Assembly (NCBI RefSeq): GCF_000981785.2
Contig: NZ_CP011304.1
Location: 300,001 to 332,000, forward strand
Direction: 5' to 3'
Origin: Microcystis aeruginosa NIES-2549
GTDB lineage: Bacteria; Cyanobacteriota; Cyanobacteriia; Cyanobacteriales; Microcystaceae
DNA: 32,000 nucleotides
The notes beneath the pieces are model-generated. The model was given only the letters and a program-made list of their open reading frames with translations. It did no database searches and was not told the DNA's origin. The first letter of the stretch is position 1. The number at the start of each line of letters is the position of its first letter. The position numbers and the translations under genes were made by a program. Below are positions 25,838 to 32,000 of this stretch, in pieces.

Positions 25838-27916
25838 CTAACCGAGTAGTATTGACGGACCGGCCATCACCCCGGCAATTTGTTGGTCCAACTGTTCTAA
25901 ATTTTCCGCCGGTTCAAGGCAGCATAACCCTTGACAAATTAACCCAAATGTGCTAGGGGGCAAACTGTCATCGACTCGATACACCGCAGTGGGTAAATAG
26001 CGATTTAACAACGGCTCGATCGAGCTTTCCGGGGCGCGCAGACAGAAACCGTGAAGATAGTGATCGAGGGCAACAAATAAACTGGGGCAAGCGGTGGGGG
26101 ACTCTTCTAGGATGATACTAAAAGATTGCAAGGCCTTTTCGGCCCGATCGAGATATTCTAGATTTTCCGTCAATCGCGACAGACGCAATAAATTAGCGAT
26201 CGCAATTCCGTTGGCCGAAGGGGTGGCATTATCCGTATAACCTCGCTCTCGCACGATCAGATCGAGACTATGATCGGACGCAGTATTAAAATATCCCCCC
26301 TCATCCTCGGCCCAAAACCAGCGATCAAATTCCCCCTGTAGATCGATAGCCGCCTCTAACCAGCGAGTTTCTTGGGGTTTAGCGGTTTGCAAGTCCAGTA
26401 AAGCCTTAATAAAATAGGCAAAATCCTCCGATTGGGCCAAAACCGAGGCCTGACCCTGATAATTCAAGCGCTGAAAACGTCCATCTAACCACTGATGCTG
26501 GAGAATAAACTCGGCCGCGACCGTAGCCATTTGCCAGTACAAAGGTTCGCTAAAGACGGCAAAGGCCCGGGCTAAACCGGAAATCATCAAACTATTCCAA
26601 GCGACGATCATTTTCGTATCCGTTACCGCCGGAATGCGTCCCGGCCAAGAGACGGTTTTCGCCTCCTGATTGTCTCTGGCCGGGGGAAAAAGAGCTAATT
26701 GGGCTTGAGAACTGCCATAACGCCGAATAAATAACTTATCGAGCAGATTTTCTATCTCCTTCCCTAATTCTCCCCCTTGCCGACGTTGCAGCACATTACG
26801 ACCCTCAAAATTACCCTCGGCAGTAACGGTAAAATTAGCCTGCAGCAGCCCCAATTCCTCGGTCGAGAGATAATCCCTTAACGACCGATCCGACCAGACA
26901 TAAAAGGCCCCTTCCTCCGGCTCCCTATCCGTGGCCTTCTCAAAACTATCGGCATCTTGGGCCGCATAAAAATAACCTTCTGGGGCGGTCATTTCCCGTT
27001 TTAGCCAGTTAACCGTGCCTTTAATCCCTCTCTCAAAGGCCGCCTCTCGATTACCCGCACTCCACAAATTGGCTAAATATTCGACAATTTGCCCGTTATC
27101 GTAGAGCATTTTTTCAAAATGGGGAACTGTCCATGTCGAATCCACCGTATAACGATGGAATCCTCCCCCCACATGGTCATAGATTCCCCCTAGGGCCAGA
27201 TCTTCCCCCCGTTGATAGGCCGCTTGCCGGAGGGAATCCTCAAAATCGTCACCAAAGCGACTGCCCTGCAAAGCCAGATGAGAATATGGAATCATCGGAA
27301 AACTGGGCCGACCGTAGTTATTGGGATTAACCCGAATCACTGCCGTATTTGTCTCGATTCCTGTGGCTAAAAGGGAAGGATCGGCTAAATTGGTCTCTGC
27401 TCGCGGTAAAATGGCCGATTGACGCAGTGCGCCCAGCATTTCGGCCGTGAATTTGCTTAATTTCTCCTTTTCCTCTTCATAATAGCGACGTACCGATTGC
27501 AACACTTGCAGAAAACCGGGCCGGTTAAAGCGCGGTTGCACGGGAAAATAGGTGCCACCATAGAAGGGAATTAAACTATCGGGTGTTAGGAAGACATTCA
27601 GCGGCCAACCCCCTTGACCGACCATCATCTGCAATGCTTGCATATAGATGCTATCGATGTCCGGTCTTTCCTCGCGATCAACTTTGATCGGCAAAAAATA
27701 CTGATTGAGATAATCGGCAATGGCTCGATCGGAAAAAGCCTCTCCTTCCATAACCGTACACCAATGACAGCTAGAATAACCGATCGAGAGAAAGATCGGT
27801 TTATCTTCTCTCCTGGCAATTTCTAGGGCGCTGTCACACCAATACCACCAATCGATCGGGTTTTCGGCGTGTTTTCGCAGGTAAAGACTTTCAGATTCAG
27901 CCAGATGATTAGCCAT
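25838..27916 (-). CDS. Thioredoxin-domain protein of the DUF255/YyaL (COG1331) family
   Basis: 692 aa. The N-terminal stretch ENPIDWWYWCDSALEIARREDKPIFLSIGYSSCHWCTVME is the family hallmark. The remainder resembles an (alpha/alpha)6 barrel of the N-acylglucosamine-epimerase type. Confidence 0.85.
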   Translation of the reverse strand: MANHLAESESLYLRKHAENPIDWWYWCDSALEIARREDKPIFLSIGYSSCHWCTVMEGEAFSDRAIADYLNQYFLPIKVDREERPDIDSIYMQALQMMVGQGGWPLNVFLTPDSLIPFYGGTYFPVQPRFNRPGFLQVLQSVRRYYEEEKEKLSKFTAEMLGALRQSAILPRAETNLADPSLLATGIETNTAVIRVNPNNYGRPSFPMIPYSHLALQGSRFGDDFEDSLRQAAYQRGEDLALGGIYDHVGGGFHRYTVDSTWTVPHFEKMLYDNGQIVEYLANLWSAGNREAAFERGIKGTVNWLKREMTAPEGYFYAAQDADSFEKATDREPEEGAFYVWSDRSLRDYLSTEELGLLQANFTVTAEGNFEGRNVLQRRQGGELGKEIENLLDKLFIRRYGSSQAQLALFPPARDNQEAKTVSWPGRIPAVTDTKMIVAWNSLMISGLARAFAVFSEPLYWQMATVAAEFILQHQWLDGRFQRLNYQGQASVLAQSEDFAYFIKALLDLQTAKPQETRWLEAAIDLQGEFDRWFWAEDEGGYFNTASDHSLDLIVRERGYTDNATPSANGIAIANLLRLSRLTENLEYLDRAEKALQSFSIILEESPTACPSLFVALDHYLHGFCLRAPESSIEPLLNRYLPTAVYRVDDSLPPSTFGLICQGLCCLEPAENLEQLDQQIAGVMAGPSILLG

Positions 27917-27993
27917 GGGAAAAGGGGTATTTTTGCGCTTGCTGCTTATTAGTTTAAGCTAATTAGAGACTAACCGGAATCAAGCCTCTGCTT

Positions 27994-29591
<1,598 letters not shown>

Positions 29592-29695
29592 TCAAAAATA
29601 AAAAGTAAACAGTAAATAGCTGGTTTTGCTCTAGTTTTTTGCTTAGGAAAAAACCGGGGATAGGACGATCAAATAATCCCGATCCCCCTGAGTAA

Positions 29696-30352
29696 TTAGT
29701 GAAAATCGGGACTATGACGAATCAAACTCATAAACTCTTGACGAGTCTTAGCAGAATCGGCAAAAATACCGCGCACGGCACTCGTAGAAGTCCAAGAACC
29801 GGATTTTTCAACCCCGCGCATTACCATACACATATGAGTCGCTTCAATCACCACAGCCACCCCTTGAGGTTGCAGTAATCCCTGCAAAGCATCGGCAATT
29901 TGTGCGGTTAAACGTTCCTGTACTTGCAGTCGTCTGGCGTACATTTCACAGATGCGGGCAATTTTCGATAAACCGATCACTTTCCCATTAGGAATATAGG
30001 CAACATGAGCGCGGCCGATAATTGGTAAAATATGGTGTTCACAGGAGCTAAAAATATCGATGTCTCGGATTAAAACCATCTCGTTAGCCTCCTCATGAAA
30101 AACTGCCCCATTCAGCAATTCATCGAGGGATTGCTGATAACCAGAAGTGAGAAATTTTAGGGCTTTTACTACTCGTTTAGGAGTGTCTCGTAAACCTTCG
30201 CGATCGGGATCTTCTCCTAATCCTAACAGCAGTGTTCGTACCGCTTGCATCATCTCGGCTTCCGATACCGGCGATTTAGGTTCGGTAATCACTTCGGGAA
30301 AGTGATTGTAGTCATCATTGTCGAAAATTGCTTTGGACTTAGCTAAGGTCAT
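29696..30352 (-). CDS. folE: GTP cyclohydrolase I (type IA, FolE)
   Basis: [10 protein letters not shown] and [11 protein letters not shown] carry the Zn ligands Cys/His/Cys of FolE-IA. The track ORF opens at a TTG at 30373; the first ATG is at 30352. Confidence 0.9.
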   Translation of the reverse strand: MTLAKSKAIFDNDDYNHFPEVITEPKSPVSEAEMMQAVRTLLLGLGEDPDREGLRDTPKRVVKALKFLTSGYQQSLDELLNGAVFHEEANEMVLIRDIDIFSSCEHHILPIIGRAHVAYIPNGKVIGLSKIARICEMYARRLQVQERLTAQIADALQGLLQPQGVAVVIEATHMCMVMRGVEKSGSWTSTSAVRGIFADSAKTRQEFMSLIRHSPDFH

Positions 30353-30650
30353 AGATATTTTTACGGACTCCAATAGTTAATTAATCGGCCAAGTTTTCTG
30401 ATTTTACCAATGTCAATAAATACCCCTTGCTAGAGTATTTATTTTTCTGGGCATCTAGACGATAACTAATGAAAGCTATCGGGTTATTACCTCGTCTTTG
30501 GGGTTATCTCCGGTGCGGAAATCTGGAAAAATTGATTTTCCTAGTCACCGAAAAAGTCTTGAGTATCTCCCTAGTTAATTGAGGGCAGAGTTCCAGCACA
30601 CAATTAATTTATTTTGTCAAGTAGTTCATTTGTTTGCTAAAATAGCCTAC

Positions 30651-30677
30651 CTAGAATGATAATCGTTATCATTCTAG
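30651..30677. promoter_or_regulatory. Fur-family (Fur/Zur-type) operator-like perfect palindrome
   Basis: ctagaatgataa-tcg-ttatcattctag has perfect 12-nt arms. The core TGATAATcGTTATCA is one mismatch from the 7-1-7 Fur-box consensus TGATAATnATTATCA. TTGCTA hexamers flank it on both strands; on the + strand the arrangement is TTGCTA(30634-30639)-N17-TGATAA. Confidence 0.55.
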
Positions 30678-30761
30678 CAAAAAATCTAGCAAAATATACC
30701 AGTTATCCTGGCCGTCGGCTTTTTTTGATCACTTGCCAAAAACCCCACCTTCTCCTGCAAA

Positions 30762-31667
30762 CTAACGCCGTCTCAACAAATTTTTCATCTCTACCCAGAT
30801 AGAAAGTTGACCACCTAGACTAGAGGGATGAGTGAAAATTCCTTGACGGGGACTGAATAAAAAGGCCAACATAAATAGGGTAAAAGCGACAAGCACGATC
30901 GCCGGTCCAGAGGGTAAATTCCAGTAATAACTTAAATACATCCCACTGATACTAGAAATAATACCCACACCCACACCTAAACCCATGACTTGATGAAGAC
31001 GGGTAACTAAAAGATAGGCAGTGGCTGCGGGGGTAATCAAAAGGGACAAAACGAGGATTACTCCCACCGCTTGGAGACTAGCAACGATTGTCAGACCAAT
31101 CAGGAGCATTAAGCCTAAATCTAATAAATTTACTGGTAAACCCGCCGCTTGCGCCCCGATTTTGTCGAAAGTGTAGAATAATAGTTCTTTATACAGGAGC
31201 AAAACGGTTAATAAAACGATAATGGCAATAATTAGGGTATCGCGAATGTCGGCAGCAGTAACACCGAGAATATTGCCGAAGAGAAAGTGATTAAGGTCAA
31301 TTTTGTTGTTTTTTTGGATGAGAGTGATCAGGGTGATGCCAAGGGCAAAAAAAGCCGAGAAAACAATACCCATGGCCGCATCTTCTTTGATTGGGGAACG
31401 ATTACGGATCAAGTTAATCAGTAGGGTACTGACCATTGAGGCTAGTAAAGCACCCAGGAGAAGATTAAAATTACCAATAAAAGCGATCGCTAGTCCGGGT
31501 AGGACCGAGTGACTGATGGCATCGCCCAAGAGGGCCAAACGTTGTACCATCAGGTAGGTTCCCACCACCGCACAGATGATCCCGACGATGATAGCTTCAA
31601 TTAGGGATCTCTGCATGAAACTATACTGCAAGGGTTCGATTAATCCTGTTAATAGATTGTTGCCCAT
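30762..31667 (-). CDS. ABC-3 family metal (Mn/Zn) ABC transporter permease
   Basis: 301 aa, about 8-9 TM segments, with the MntB/ZnuB/TroD-like pattern (MQRSLIEAIIVG...LLGDAISHSVLPG...). No ATPase or substrate-binding gene is adjacent in this window. Confidence 0.85.
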   Translation of the reverse strand: MGNNLLTGLIEPLQYSFMQRSLIEAIIVGIICAVVGTYLMVQRLALLGDAISHSVLPGLAIAFIGNFNLLLGALLASMVSTLLINLIRNRSPIKEDAAMGIVFSAFFALGITLITLIQKNNKIDLNHFLFGNILGVTAADIRDTLIIAIIVLLTVLLLYKELLFYTFDKIGAQAAGLPVNLLDLGLMLLIGLTIVASLQAVGVILVLSLLITPAATAYLLVTRLHQVMGLGVGVGIISSISGMYLSYYWNLPSGPAIVLVAFTLFMLAFLFSPRQGIFTHPSSLGGQLSIWVEMKNLLRRR

Positions 31668-31802
31668 GAATCTGCCTTGGGGTTAAATTTTTCTGATTCT
31701 CGATCGAGGTTTTGCTCCTAGGGTCTATCTTCTAAATCGGGGGAGAAGATAGGTTAGGATAATTAGGATTAATTGTAAGTTTTTTCGCTCCTAACCGCCG
31801 CC

Positions 31803-32000
31803 ATGGATACCCCCGTTCTTTCCTCAACTTTTTTTCTGACTCTCCTGCTCATGGTGGGATTATTCTTTTTTATTCGCGGTTCCGTCAAAGAGCGTATCGA
31901 ACAGCGTGTCTATCTTACCAGTACCAGTGACGACCAACTATTAGAACAACTGCGAAATTATTTTGACCGACGTTCCTATCAAGTCAAGGCGATCGAACCC
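31803..32000 (+). CDS. Conserved small membrane protein, N-terminal part (runs off the right edge). Possibly cofactor-assembly (CCB1-like); unverified.
   Basis: My own translation: MDTPVLSSTFFLTLLLMVGLFFFIRGSVKERIEQRVYLTSTSDDQLLEQLRNYFDRRSYQVKAIEP. The frame is open to the window end, and a TM helix is followed by an [RK]-[GA]-S-x-K-[ED]-R pattern. The family call is from memory only. Confidence 0.4.
   Translation, partial: MDTPVLSSTFFLTLLLMVGLFFFIRGSVKERIEQRVYLTSTSDDQLLEQLRNYFDRRSYQVKAIEP

Overview
This looks like a cyanobacterial chromosomal window, probably Microcystis-like. That call is an inference from several GCGATCGC (HIP1) palindromes, many 7-nt tandem STRR arrays, and cpcT/ycf20-type genes. 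The housekeeping backbone includes a truncated Sfp-type PPTase, a serine hydrolase, the cobA-hemD fusion, cdsA, cbiT, a PD-(D/E)XK nuclease and a J-domain protein. It also includes two small thylakoid-type membrane proteins, a flavoprotein disulfide reductase, a DUF255 thioredoxin-domain protein, cpcT, hemB, folE and an ABC-3 metal permease. Four accessory-looking pieces are embedded in this backbone. (1) An AT-rich module at 1.5-4.4 kb encodes an HsdR_N-type nuclease domain fused to a ParA ATPase, a tightly coupled atypical ParB-like/HhH protein, and a Uma2 nuclease. (2) Two direct copies of a ~400-bp non-coding element (9175-9573 and 13689-14112) each end in a Shine-Dalgarno sequence plus ATG, and together they bracket five genes and a TnpB relic. 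(3) A same-strand cluster at 14.3-23.7 kb is my best candidate for an undescribed system. It comprises an HTH-AAA_35 NTPase, a divergent carotenoid-oxygenase-fold protein, and a translationally coupled 2050-aa Ser/Thr kinase-AAA_16-helical repeat-GAF-PAS protein. In that large protein the usual histidine-kinase output is replaced by a second AAA_35 module. (4) An AT-rich GT-C glycosyltransferase gene is flanked by 99-bp direct repeats. A perfect 12-3-12 Fur/Zur-type palindrome sits between the metal permease and folE-hemB. No rRNA, tRNA or CRISPR array was found.
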